Assembly (NCBI RefSeq): GCF_018977255.1
Contig: NW_024704743.1
Location: 10,914,001-10,978,000, forward strand
DNA: 64,000 bases
From: Callorhinchus milii
Lineage: Eukaryota
Direction of reading: 5' to 3'
Made by a program: the position numbers and the translations under genes. Of the stretch, positions 12,605-35,945 are shown piece after piece. The notes beneath the pieces are model-generated. The model searched no databases and was not told the DNA's origin. It was given only the letters and a program-made list of their open reading frames with translations. Numbering within the stretch: the stretch's first letter is position 1; every line of letters starts with the position of its first letter.

Positions 12605-13494
12605 CTGGATGAGAGACAACTTTCGCCAACTCAACGTCAGCAAGACCAAGGCCCTCCTGATTGACTCACGCCAGTGCCTCCGCACCTCAGGCGCTGGCAG
12701 CATCAGCCTCCACAGCTGCTCACTCAACCTCACTAAGCCAGTCAGAAACTTGGGGGTCTTCTTTGACCGTGAACTGTCCTTTCTCCCCCATATCCACGCC
12801 ATGACTGGCACTGCCTACCCCCACCTCCGCAATATTGCCAGACTCCGCCACTGCCTCACCCCTCAGGTTGATGAAACCCTCAACTACCATTTGTCACATC
12901 AAGGCTCGATTACGGAAACTCCCTCCTCATCGGCCTTCCCAGCTCTTCCCTTCACAAGCTGCAGATCATCCAAAACTCTGCAGCTCATGTACTCTCACGC
13001 ACCAGGCTCCGCGACCCCATCACTCCCACCCTCACCTGACTCCACTGGCTCCCCATCCCCCAGGGGATTGAGTTCAAGATCCGCTTCCTCACTTTCAAGG
13101 CCATCCATGGCCTTGCCCCCTCCTACCTCTCTGACCTGCTGACTCCCTACAAACCTGCCCGCCCCCTCTGTTCAGCGGGCTCCAGTCTGCTCCATGTCTC
13201 CCGCCCGACACACCCTACCATCGGTGGACGGGCTTTCAGCCTCTCTGCCCCCACACTCTGGACCTCCATCCCACAGTCCCTTCGCCTCGCTTCCTCCCTT
13301 GCCTCCTTCAAGGTCAGTCTCAAGACCCTTCTCTTCGATCGTGCCTTTGGTCGCCCTCCCACCTCTCTGCCTTCCCTCACCCCTACACCACCCCTCCCCC
13401 ATGCTCGGGCCCCATCACCTGACTGGTCAGCACTTTGGGACATCCTCCCGACGTGAAAGGCGCTCTATAAATATAATTTTGTTGTTGTTGTTGT
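12605..13494 (+). mobile_element. 5'-truncated L2 LINE (frameshifted RT C-terminus)
   Basis: [34 protein letters not shown]2 tail with (TTG)n. Confidence 0.92.
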
Positions 13495-13720
13495 TAATAA
13501 TAATCCTTAATAATAATCCTTGCATTTGATAGAGCGCTTTTCACGTCTTTTAGATGTCTCAAAGCGCTTCACAGAATATACTGTAAAGTGAATTGACTAT
13601 GTATTTGTGGGCAAAACACTGCAGCCAATTGTGCACAGCAGTGTCCCACAAACAGTCATGGATTGAAGTGACCAATTTATTATTGGGGTTTTTTCCGCAA
13701 GGGATTCTTATCAGGCGTGA
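13495..13720 (-). mobile_element. SINE family B 3' half, tail-to-tail with the L2
   Basis: (TAA)n, then atccttgcatttgat...gtcccacaaacagtc. Confidence 0.8.
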
Positions 13721-14169
13721 TTTTAGTCAAAAAACACATTTAACAAATACAACTTTAAAAGACTCATCATAGAGCCACTGGGTTAATTCAACTTGGTACA
13801 TAGATATAAAGCAACTATTTGATGTCACAGATCAAAGAAGAACTTTATTTGAAATATACAGTTTATATTGAGTGCCTTTTGTGTCTATGTTAATGGATGT
13901 TGCTGGAGCACCTTTGTTACTGACAGTATGAGGTTCCAAATTTTTGTCATACCATTTACCTATGCTCATCTCATTGCTCTTTTCCTTTCCAATCTTAAGC
14001 ATATTAATTTATAAATACAAAACTCCAGCTGAACATTTTTGCAAAGCAGGAAAAGATCAATTCATATAGAGCCATGCTTGTTTTAATAATATCTTCCTGT
14101 TTTGAGAAACACATATCTTGTTAATATGCATTTCTCTTATATACTCTTTGGCTGTCATCAACATCTAAA

Positions 14170-14922
14170 ATCATACGGTTCTCACCTCCTCCATCTACCC
14201 GACCTCCCCCTAAAACTCTCTGAATCCGTACGCAACCAGGGCGTCAGGTTCGACCCCCAATTATCCTTCCTCCCCCACATCCGGTCCCTCCCAGCAACGC
14301 TTTCTTCCACCTCCAACGCATCGCCCATCTCTGCCTCTCCCCAAAAGCCACTGAAACCTTGGCCCATGCCTTTGTCACCTATCAGCTGGACTATTCAAAT
14401 GCCCTCTCGCTGGTCTCTCCTCCACTACCATTCATAAAATCCAGGTCATACAAAACTCTGCCGCCCGCATTCTTACCCACACCAAACTGCGCTCCCCGAT
14501 CACCCCAGTCCTTGCCAGACTGCACTGGCCGCCTGTCCCAGAGAGAATCGATTTCAAGATCCTCACCATTGTCTTCAAATCCCTCCACTCCTCTGCACAC
14601 CCCTACCTCTCTGACCTCCTCTCTCCTCAGAACAGTGCCCACGGGGTCTGGCCTCCTCCTTGTCCCCCGAGTCCTCCGCTCCACTCTCGGTGGTCATGCC
14701 TTCAGGTACACCCCGAGGCTCTGGAACTCCCTTCCTCTCTCCCTTCGCCTCGCTCCCTCTTTTCCCACTTTCAGGTCTCGGCTGAAGATCTTTCTTTTCG
14801 ACCGTGCCTTTGGTCACCTTCCTCCCCCTCCCCCTGGCTCGACCCCGGGATCTGTTACTGTGAAGCGCTCTGAGACGCCGTCCGGCGTGCAGGGCGCTAT
14901 ATAAATCCAAGTTGTTGTTGTT
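14170..14922 (+). mobile_element. L2 LINE 3' fragment, a different L2 subfamily
   Basis: HAFVTYQLDYSNAL and PRLWNSLPLSLRLAPSFPTFRSRLKIFLFDRAF; tail gagacgccgtccggcgtgcagggcgctatataaat(TTG)n. Confidence 0.9.
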
Positions 14923-15489
14923 AAATAGAATATTTATAAAGTCATAGTTACCTACCTATCAGACAATATAGATGATTATTATTTCTTCTTTAGCAACAAA
15001 AGAATGAAGCCTATTTAATTTGTAAAACATATACAATACGAAATATGATAAACTATAATATTTTCATTTGAGATACCACTTTATCAGATTGCAACAACTC
15101 AAAGTTCTACACACAATGAGTTACTTTCAAGTGGACAGACTTATTATGTAGGCAAATAATTCTGGTGATATTTCCATTCGAAATAGCATCTCATCACATT
15201 GAAATGACTCAAAGTCCTTCACACAGTGAGTTACTTTGAAGTAGAGCAACTTTTTATGCAGGCAAATGTATGACCAAATAACTTAGCAACACACCACACC
15301 GGCAATAATATAGACCAACAGATTAAGTCTGTTTCCAGCAATTTGGCCAGAGAGAAACATTGGCCATGACATGAAGAAAGCCACCTCGTTATCTTCAAAA
15401 TACAATTACATCAAGGATCCTTCAACACCACTAGATATGCCTAATAAGACAGATGGATAATTGGTTTAGCATCTCATTTGAAGGAAAAC

Positions 15490-18400
15490 AAAGAATCACA
15501 GAATAATAGAATTATATAGCACAAAAGGAGGCCATTTGGCACATCGTGACTGTGCTGGCTCTTTTAAAAGAGCTATCCATATCAATCCACACTGCCCCAC
15601 TCTCTCCCCATAGCCCTACAAAATTGCCCTCTCCAAATAATTATCTACTTCTCTCTTAAAGGTTGTTATCGAGTCAGCTTTCACCACCCTTTCAGGCAAT
15701 ACATTCCAGATCCATAGAACATGCTGTGTGAAAAAAAATTCTCCTCACCTCCCTTCTGTTTCTTTTAACTATTTTAAATTGTTGTTCTTGGGTTACCGAC
15801 CCACCCACCAGTGAAAATTGTTTCTCCTGGTTCACCCTATCGAATCCCCTCATAATTTTGAAAACTTCTATTAAGTCTCCTTTTTAACCTTCTCTGTTCC
15901 AAGGAGAATAATCCTCACTTCTCTGGCCTCTCCTGATAATTGAAGTCCCTCATTCCTGGTACCATCCTGATAAATTCCCTTTGCACCCTCTCCAATGCCT
16001 TGACACCCTTACTAAAGTGTGGTGCTCAGACCTGAACACAGTACTCCAGCTGAGGCCTAACCAGTATTTTATAAACATTCATCATAACTTCCTGACTTTT
16101 ACATTCTATGCCCCTATTTGTAAAGCCAAGTATCCTGCATGCTTTTTTAATCAGCTTTATCTACCTGTCCTGCCACCTTCAAAGATTTACTTATATGAAC
16201 TCCCAGGTCACTCTGTTCCTTCACCCCCTTTAAGATTCTATCATCAGCTTATATTGCCTCTCCTCATTCTTCCTCCTAAGATGCATTACTTTGCATTTTT
16301 CCACATTAAACTTGTCACGTGTCTGCCCATTTTATCAGTCTGTCTATGTCCTCTTGCAGTCTATTTATCCTCCTCACTGTTTACTACTTTTCCTAGCTTA
16401 GCATCATCTGCAAACTTGGAAATTGTACCACCTATACCCAAGTCCATGTCATTTATATGGATCAAAAATGGCAGTGGTCCCAATACTGAACCCTTGGGGA
16501 CACCACTGCATATTTCCCACCAGTCAGAAAACAACCGTTCACCAACACTCTCTGCTTTCTGTCTCTCATCTGTATCCATGCTGCCACTATCCCTTTAATA
16601 CCATAGGCTTCTATTTTGCTTACGAGGCTCTTATGTGGCACTTTATCAAACTCATTTTCAATAATCCATATAAACTATATCAATTGCACAACCTTCATCC
16701 ACCGTTATTTCATCAAAACATTCTATTTCCTTTGTCAGTTCTCCTTTGTACTTTCTATATTCTATTTGATTATCTTCTGTATATTGGACCTGACAATTAT
16801 CAGAAGCCTCCTTTTTCTATTTTATTTTAATCCCAATTTCCTTATTCATCCAGGGAGGTTTGGATGCCTTACTTTTCCCCTTTATGGGAATGTATTTGTT
16901 CTGTCCCCGAACTATCTCCTCCTTGAAGGCTTCCCATTGCTCATTAGCTGTTTTACCTGCCAATCTTTTATTCCAGTCCACCTTAGCTAGGTCCCTTTTT
17001 AACTCACTGAAATTAGTCCTCTGCCAGTTGAGTATCGTCATCTTTGGTTGTACCTTGTCCCATTCCATAAATACTCTAAACCTAATGATGTTGTTGTCAC
17101 TGTTGTCCAGATGCTCTCCTACCTAAACCTCTCCACTTGCCCCACTTCATTTCACAGAATTAAATCCAGCACTGCTTCCTTCCTCGTTGGGCTGGAAACA
17201 TGCTGATCCAGAAAGTTCTCCTGCACACATTTCAGGAATTCCTCCCCTTCCTTGCCCTTTACACTGTGTGTTTCCCAGTGTATGTTAGGATAATTGAAAT
17301 TCCCCATTATCACTATTGGTTTTGCATCTTTCTGAAATCTGTTTGCAGATTTGCTCATCTATCTCCTTCCCACTATTTGGTGGTCGAAAGTAAACACTTA
17401 ACAGAGTAACAGCTCCTTTTCTGCTCCATAACTAACCAAAGAGATTCTATTTTTAGATCCTTTGGCACATCATCCCTTTCCAGGGCCATAACCGTGTCTT
17501 TAATCAATATTGACATACCCCCACCACCCCATTTACGCACATGCATTCCAAGACCGACTGAGTCTGCTCTGCATTTCTCACTGTCTAACCTCTCCTTTTT
17601 CTGCATTACTCCTTATTATAACCTGCTCTGCCTTCCACCACCTCTGCAGCATCGCTCGGCTCTGCCACTGTTTCACATCACCAGCCGCTGAAACCCTCAT
17701 TAATCGAGGCTTAATTCTGCAAACTCCTTGCTTGTCGGCCTCCCAAACTCCTCCCTCCATAGGCTGCAGATCATCCAGAAATCTGCAGCCTGTATCCTCT
17801 CCCACACCAGGGTCCATGATCCTATCACCCCCATTCTTGCCTGAATCTACTGGCTTCCCATCACACAGAGGATACAGTTCAAGATCCTGGTCCTCACCTT
17901 CAAAGCCCTCCATGGTCTACCTCTGTGACCTCCTAATCCCCTACCACACTGACGTGCTAGCCCCCAGACCTCCACGATCCCGACCCCCAGTTCGGGTCCG
18001 AAACTCTAACTGTCCAGCGACTTGGGACATCCTTGGGAGGCTATACAAATGTAATTTTGTTGTTGTATTACATTGCTATTCATCTCTCCCAGCCCTCTAT
18101 GTAACTTGTTTCTCCTCTCTGATGCTGCATCCTGATTCCCTTCCCCCTCAAAATTAGTTTGAAGCCTTCCCCACAGCACTAGTTAACCTCCCTGTGAGGA
18201 CATTGGTCCCAGCCCTGTTCAGGTGTAACCTTGTACAGGTCTCACCTACCTCAGAACTGGTCCCAATGATCCAGGAACCTGACACCCTCCTTTCTGCAAC
18301 ATTTCTCCAGATTCATGTTTGATCCTTGCATGAGGCACTGGGAGTAATCCAGAGGTCACCACCTTTGAGATCCTACTCTTTAGATTTTCCCTAGCTTCTG

Positions 18401-18950
18401 ACAATCTCCCTGCAGGATCTCAGCCCTTTTGTTTCCCTACGTCATGGATCCCAACATGGACCATGACTTCTGCATGTTCCCCTTCCCCCTGTAGAATGTT
18501 TTGCACCCGTTCCGTGATGTCTTCACCAGGGAGGCAACATACCATGCAAGAGTCACGTCTTAGTTGAGTAACGTCCCCAATGACAATTACATTGACATTC
18601 TTCCCTATGTACCCATTTGCGTTTGACTCGCCTTCTCAGAGGTGTCATCACCCTCACCAGTATTCAGTGCAGCGAACAAACAAAGTTTGTGAGTGCCACA
18701 CTCTCAGGGCATTTCTGCACGCCCTCTTTCTACCATGCCAGTTGGTCACCCACTCACTCTCCTTCTGAACCCCATATGGCTGTGGGGTGACCACCTCCTG
18801 AAACGTTCAATCTGAGAACTCTTCAGCATCCCGCACCTCTTTCTTCCTCTGCACCAAATTCCCACTCTCACCAAATTCCTTAACAGAATTCTCATTCTGT
18901 TCCACCTCACTCAGTTCCCTCCTCACGCTGCTGGGCTCTCTGCTCTCTCT
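15490..18950 (-). mobile_element. Degenerate, internally deleted CR1 LINE (5' UTR/ORF1 to 3' end) with an L2 insert at ~17530-18066
   Basis: RT motifs SGVPKGSVLGPLPFLIHINDMD..KFADDAKL; endonuclease motif MGNFNYPNIHW..FLKCVQENFLDQHV; 18830-18950 is the reverse complement of the CR1 5' region at 49550-49665. Confidence 0.9.
17530..18066 (+). mobile_element. L2 fragment nested in CR1
   Basis: L2 C-terminal motifs and tail gggacatccttgggaggctatacaaatgtaattttgttgttg interrupt the CR1. Confidence 0.8.
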
Positions 18951-19159
18951 CTCTCAGTACTACTCTCGAGTATCAGACTACACTGTTAGTTCAAGTCTTG
19001 GTGTGGGCCGCAAATCCATAATTTTCTGACAGTATTGGTGTTCTAAAAAAATAATTAATGTAATACGTAATAATACTTATATTTAATATACCACCTTATC
19101 ATGTATAGAGGACATCTCAAAAGACTTCACATGATATACTATAACGAGTATCTTAGACC

Positions 19160-21030
19160 ACTTCCTTATCTCCCTCTCCTCTCACATCCCCTTCCCCTCT
19201 TCCAAGTCCTCCAACATTTTTTTCCAACCCTGGAAAAAGATACCTGCTGAGACCCTCTCTTCCTCGGACCTCCACTCCCTCTGACCTTCCACCTGCAGCG
19301 ATCCTGATGCAGCCATCAAGCTGCTGAATGACTGTCTCTCAACAGCCTTTAATTCCCTGGCTCCCCTGGAATCCAGGGCCATTTCCAAATCCACCTGCTC
19401 CCGTGGTACAACAGTCATATCCATTCACTTAAACCCCAAACCCGGACTCTCAAATGCAGATGGCAGAAATCCGGCCTCACAATTCACCGCTATCTGTGGC
19501 TCAAGCACCTCCACACCAACTGCTTCTCCCTTCCACAGGCCAAAACTGATTTTTACTCCAAAGTCATCCTGGAGGCGAAAAACACCCAAAGACACTGTTT
19601 TCCGCCATCCATCACCTACTCTGTGCAGCCCCTCCAGCTCCCTCTTTCCTCACATCAAAAGTTAAGTGTGAAGAGGTCCTAGGATTCTTCACCTCAAAGA
19701 TTGAAAACATCCACTCGGCTGCATTGTCCTATCCCCCATGTCCCCTTACATTCCACCCAGGCCATTCACATTACCTTCTCCCTCCCATACGACTCCTGCC
19801 ACTCCTTGCACTCTTTTGACCCCATTTCTCCCTCTTCCCTCTCAACCACAATCATCCACATGAAGTTCATCACCTGCTGCCTCGACCCCCTCCCCACACA
19901 GCTGCTGGTCACTCAATTGCCCCTCCTCTCCACTGTGCTAGCCGACACAGTCAACCAGTCTCTCCCCTCAGGCTCTGTTCCACTCTCCTTGAAAACCGGT
20001 GTTATCACACCCCTCCTCAAAAAAACCATCCTCAACCCTTCTAGTCTCTCACACTACCATCCCATCTCCAACTTAACCTTCCTTGCTAAAGTCCTGGAAT
20101 GCATTTTTGCAGATCAACTTCGGTCACCTGTGGGGTACCCCAGGTCTCCATCCTTGGTCCCTTTCTTTTCCTCATCTAGATGCTCCCTCTTGGCGATATC
20201 ATCTGCAGTCACGGGGTAAACTTCCACATGCATGCAGATGACACACAAATCTACTCTGCCTCCACCAGCATCAACTCCAGGTCCGTTTATGTTCTATCAG
20301 CTTGTCTGGGAGACATCAGGGCCTGGATGAGTGCAACCTTCCTGCAGCTGAACTCCTCAACCTCAGACTCATTGAACCAGTACACAATCTAGGCATCCAG
20401 TTAGACCCCCAGCTGTCCTTCCTCTCCCACATTCGGTCCCTGACCAGGACAGCCTTCATCCACCTCTGCCACATTGCCCGCCTCCGACCGTAGTTTACCC
20501 CAAATGCAGTCGAAACCCTCATACATGTGTTTGTTACCTCCTGCTTGGATTACTCAAACTCACTCCTCACCGGTCTCCCCAGCTTCACTATTCAATAAAT
20601 CCAGCTCATTCAGAACTCTGCTGCCGGCATACTTACCTGTTCTGGACAGGCTCCACTGGCTCCCCATCACTGAACGGATCGATTTCAAGATCCTCACACT
20701 CGTGTTCAAATCCCTTCACTCCCTGGCACCTCCCTACCTCTCCGACCTCCTTACTCCCTAATCTGCTCAACTAGCACCTGCCTGCTACTTGTCCCTCACA
20801 TTCTCCATTCCACCATTGGAGAGTGCGATTTCCCCAAAACTTAAGAACACTCTCCCTCAATCACTCCGCCTTGCCCCCTCTCTCCCCTTTTTTAAGTCCC
20901 ACCTGAAAACCTTCCTTTTCAACCATGCTTGCAGTCACCTCCCCCCACCCCCCGGAGTCAAGCTCTACCACTGTTAAACTCTGAAACACAACACTGTGTG
21001 GAGGGCACTATACAAGTGCAAGTTGTTGTA
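19160..21030 (+). mobile_element. Old L2 LINE with internal deletions
   Basis: CCLDPLPT, YHPISNLTFLAKVLE, FHMHADDTQIY and LHWLPITERIDFKIL motifs in shifting frames. Confidence 0.9.
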
Positions 21031-21034
21031 TATA

Positions 21035-21300
21035 TTTTAGGCAAACAAGGCAGCCAATTTGTGCACAGCAATATACCACAATACCCACAAAGCGAATGAC
21101 CAATCTTATCTGGGGATGATTGCCCAGGACACTAGGAGAAACTTCCTTCTCTTTTTGAATTGTACCATAGACTCTTTAGCATCCACCTGAACAGGCAGAT
21201 GATAACTTGGTTTAACGTCTCATCTCTGACAATGCAGCAGACCCCCAGCACTGCACTGGAGTGTCATCCTAAAATGTTTGAGTTCAAAGTCCTGTTGTGA
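21035..21300 (-). mobile_element. DeuSINE-type SINE, family A
   Basis: gcagccaatttgtgcacagcaa and catccacctgaacaggcag motifs. Confidence 0.75.
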
Positions 21301-21329
21301 GGTTTTGTGTACATAGAAGTCTGTCAATG

Positions 21330-21350
21330 ATATATATATATATATATATA
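21330..21350. repeat. (TA)10 microsatellite
   Basis: Read directly from the sequence. Confidence 0.9.
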
Positions 21351-22439
21351 CAGCTCCAACGTCACAATCAGATGTAATGCCCTTTGACCTACACAACAAT
21401 ACTTTAACCTTAGAGCTGGGCTCACCCAGAACATCAAATAACACTAATGAAAGAAACCTTTCAAAATATCCTTTAAACATTTATTATGAATTAACAAACT
21501 CTGAGAATGAGTTAAAGGGATTTATGTGAAAACACCATATAATCAGCTGGTTATTCCCCCTGCCCCACCTTTGGGTAGTCCACAGATTGGGGCATTTAAC
21601 ATGCAAACAGCTGTTTAGTCCATTATAGTAAATGTTATTGTAACTTTTAAATTGTTTAAAAACAATGTTAAAATAATGTTTTCAGATTTCATAATCACCC
21701 GTCCCCCATTCTGGTCCTTTGTAATTTCCATTTTCTAAGTCGAAATGGATGTTTGTGGCTCAAAATCAATCTCAGGCTGCCAATGACATTCATAAGCCAC
21801 TTTACTTATTGGGGATATTACCAAACTGTACAGCAGAGTTGCCACATCTCATGCACATTGTGTCCCCTGTGGCAATATTACAAACATTGTTCAACACAAA
21901 CTACCCCCGTTTACATTTGTTTCACTCTATTTATGGTGTAATTTGTCACTTCCATTCAATTAAACTGTGTAGCTTGCTCCTAGACATATCTATGATTATT
22001 ATCCGTGATTGTTATTGCAAATATATTACTCCATACATCCTCTATTGGTTGAGGCCATTTATGGAGTAATACATCTCATCTGCAATTCTCAAGGCACTGA
22101 GGGATAGCTTCAACATTCAAATTTCATGTTTAATTCCATTCAAGTAATAAGCAATGATGAATATCAATTTACGATGGTAACATTTGAGAACATTTTTTAA
22201 AAAATCATATAGCATTAAAAGACCACATTAAAAGACCATCAAGGAGGAAAAAGAACAAGTTTCACATATTTTTGGTCACATTGTTTCTGCAAGTCAGTGA
22301 TGGATTTCAACAGAATTTGCATAACATGTTCCAAGTTTGCCAAGAATATGCAAAAAAAGGTAGTGTCCTTTTAACTATGATCCAATTAACTTAGTTTTTG
22401 TAAAACAGTGATTTTTTTTAAACATAATTTGCAAGTTAA

Positions 22440-22875
22440 TAAAAATGACAACAATCCTGACATACTATAGCGGCTTTCACATCAGAATATCCAAAAGCAC
22501 ATACAAGATAATCTGTAAAGTGGAGCAACAACTGTGTGTTTGTGGGTGAAATGCAGCAGCCAGTTGTACGCAGCAACGTCCCACAAACAGCCATGGAGTG
22601 AGCGACCAATTTTATTTGGGGATTGGTCGTCACAATGCTAGCAGAAACTCCCTTCTCTTTTTGAATAGTGCCCGAGGATCTTTAATATCCACCTGAACAG
22701 ACAGACGGAAATTTGGATTAACATCTCATTTTAAAGATGGCACCTCCGATAATGTAACACATTCTCAGCGCTGCATTGAAGTGACAGCCTAGACTATGTG
22801 GGTTCCGGGTCCTAACATGGGGCTTAAATCTTCTGATGAGATGAGAGTGCTACCAATTGTGCCACGCTGACACTT
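22440..22875 (-). mobile_element. DeuSINE-type SINE, family A, near full length
   Basis: Tail through to the tRNA head (gagagtgctaccaattgtgccacgctgacac). Confidence 0.82.
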
Positions 22876-23704
22876 AGCCCTTGCATTTCATATTGCACCT
22901 TATCACATCAAAACATCTCAAAGTTCTTCACAGGGTTTCCTGTAGTGTAAGCGCTCTGTGACACTACCCTGCTTGAGGGTGCTAGGCAAATGCAAGTTGT
23001 TGATTTTGTAGGCCAAAGGTTGCCAAAAATATGTGTTTTCCCTTTAACAATAATCCAGTTTGCTTGATTTTTTCATTCAGTCAAAATGTTCCTGTTGATC
23101 TTAAAGGGCCAACACTTTATATTCTCTAGCTCCTCTGAAATATTTTTATCTGTGCTTCTGCTTTGGTATTCTGGTTGACCGGTGAGCTGTTTAAAACGGA
23201 AACAGCAATTGTAGTAATCACAGCAGAGTTAAGACCAGGCCTGACCACAAGTATCTCGGGTATGATGATTCACTCTTGACTACATTTGAAATAAGAGTCC
23301 CAAAACAAGTTGCTATGTGCATTGCTGACTCCAAAGTTTTGCTAATCTTTTGGGGGAAAACATATTTGCAGCATCTAGGGAAAGAAAAATGTCTTTAAAT
23401 ATCCTTTGCATTCACAATAGCGTCTTATCACAGCATTGAGTTCTCTCAAAGTGCTTCACAAGATTTACCATAAAATGTAGTGACCTTGCAGCTAATTTGC
23501 ACCAGCAATGCCCTACAAAAAGTATGAAACAAACTCCCATGTGAGCATAATTCCCTTGGTTCAGTGGTTAAAACTAAAAGTTTTTTTTGCATTTCTTTTA
23601 TTGAAAACAAAATGGGAAGTTGTTGCAAGTAAGCTGAATAGCCCACTAGTTGCTCTCTCTCTGAGTTGCTCTCTCTGTTGCTCTCTCTGTTGCTTCCTAA
23701 TATT

Positions 23705-24120
23705 GATAATAATTAGACTTTCATTTGATTTAGCACCTTATCACATCTCAAAGTGCTTCACAGGATATACTGTTAAGTGGAGTGACAATGTATTTTGTGG
23801 GCAAAACACAGCAGCCAGTTGTGCACAGTAATATCCCACAAACAGCCATGGAGCCCAATTTTGGGGATTGTTAGCCAGAACAACAAGAGAAACACTTCTC
23901 TTTTCAATTAGTGCCATAGGATCTTTAACATCCACTAAACACGCAGACCGGATCTAGGATTAGTCTCATCCGAACAATGGCACCTCCAACAATGCAACAC
24001 ACCTCCAGCACTGCATTGGTGCATAAACTTAATCTGTGGGATTCCAAGTCCCGATATGGGGCTTGAACCCACAACTTCCTGACTCACAGATGAGTGCTAC
24101 TAACTGAGCCGGCTGACACC
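23705..24120 (-). mobile_element. DeuSINE-type SINE, family A, near full length
   Basis: Ends ggggcttgaacccacaac...gctactaactgagccggctgacac (box B and box A, reverse strand). Confidence 0.85.
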
Positions 24121-24469
24121 TTGCACTTTCTCTCTGATTCTATCACTCTGTGTTGCTCTCTTTTTCTGTATTGTGGAACATTGCTGTGTTCAACTGGTTG
24201 CAGCATTTCACTCACAAAATACAGTCAATCCACTTTACAGTATATCCTGTGAAGCACTTTAAGACATCTCTTTGGACTTCTTCATAGCATGAAAGGGGCT
24301 ATACAAATGGAATTTGTTGATGTCTCAACATGATAAGGCCCTGTATCAAATGGAAGGATGACTGATATTGCTGTCTATTGTTTTCTTTATATGTGTAGTA
24401 CTTTCTGTGGGTGTATATACAGTATATACATGCGTGTAGTTCCCATGTGCTCCTTGTATGCATGTGCTG

Positions 24470-25030
24470 CGCTCTCACTGCTCGCAGCGCAGTCACTCTG
24501 CCACAAGCCGCAGCTGAGGCGCGCGGCGGCTCGGACTCGGGCTCGCGCCGCTCCGGGCTGCGCTCTATATACCCCTCTAAAAATAGCACAGCCAATCATG
24601 CGCCAGATCAGATGAGCGAGGGTGGAACGAAGCAGCGAAAGGCAGCCGGGTTGGCCAATAGCAGGCGCCATGACATCCGCGCTGCCAGCCCGTGAGCCGC
24701 GCGCTCTGATTGGTCAGCTATGACATCATGGACGCGGGTTGGAGCTGGCGGCGTGAGGCGGTCACGAGGTATGTATAGTGGGGGGAGGGAGAGGGCGTGG
24801 GGAGGAGTCACGTTGCATCACTGGAGGGGGAGGGGAAGACAGACAGCCGGAGGGGGCGGGGCTTGTCCGGGCAGCGATCTCTCCGCTCAGTGCTGTGATT
24901 GGGAGGTGCGCGCGGCTCGCGGCTGCTCAGTCGGTCTCAGTCAGTGCATGTGCGCGGACCGCCTGCGCTCCCCATTCTGCTCACACACACCGACCCTTCC
25001 TTCACAGACTGTAACTAGTACTCGCTGGGG
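24470..25030 (+). promoter_or_regulatory. KLF6 CpG-island promoter
   Basis: Only strongly CpG-rich non-TE segment in the window, just upstream of exon 1. CCAAT boxes at 24592 and 24655 (+) and 24709 and 24898 (ATTGG), GC box GGGGGCGGGGC 24852-24862, GGGCGTGG 24793-24800, TGACATCA 24721-24728. Confidence 0.85.
24577..24586. promoter_or_regulatory. Canonical MEF2 site CTAAAAATAG
   Basis: Exact match to CTA(A/T)4TAG inside the GC-rich promoter; mammalian KLF6 is a reported MEF2 target. Confidence 0.7.
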
Positions 25031-25293
25031 ACAAGATTTTTTTTCCTGCACAAAAAACAGCAACCATCATCAGCCAGCACCACAACCTCTCTGCTGGCTA
25101 TTCGTTATTTTTTCTCTCTCCACACTGCCCTCCCGCCCTCTCTTTATTTCTTCACGGTGTTGGAAGAAAATTGGTTTTATTCAAGTGGTGTGTTTTTTTT
25201 TAAAAAAAGGAAAAATAACCCCCAAGCACCAGCCCCTCTGTCAAAAAAAATTCCACCCATAAAACAACCGACAGCAGCAGCCACCGAGGGAGG

Positions 25294-35945
<10,652 letters not shown>

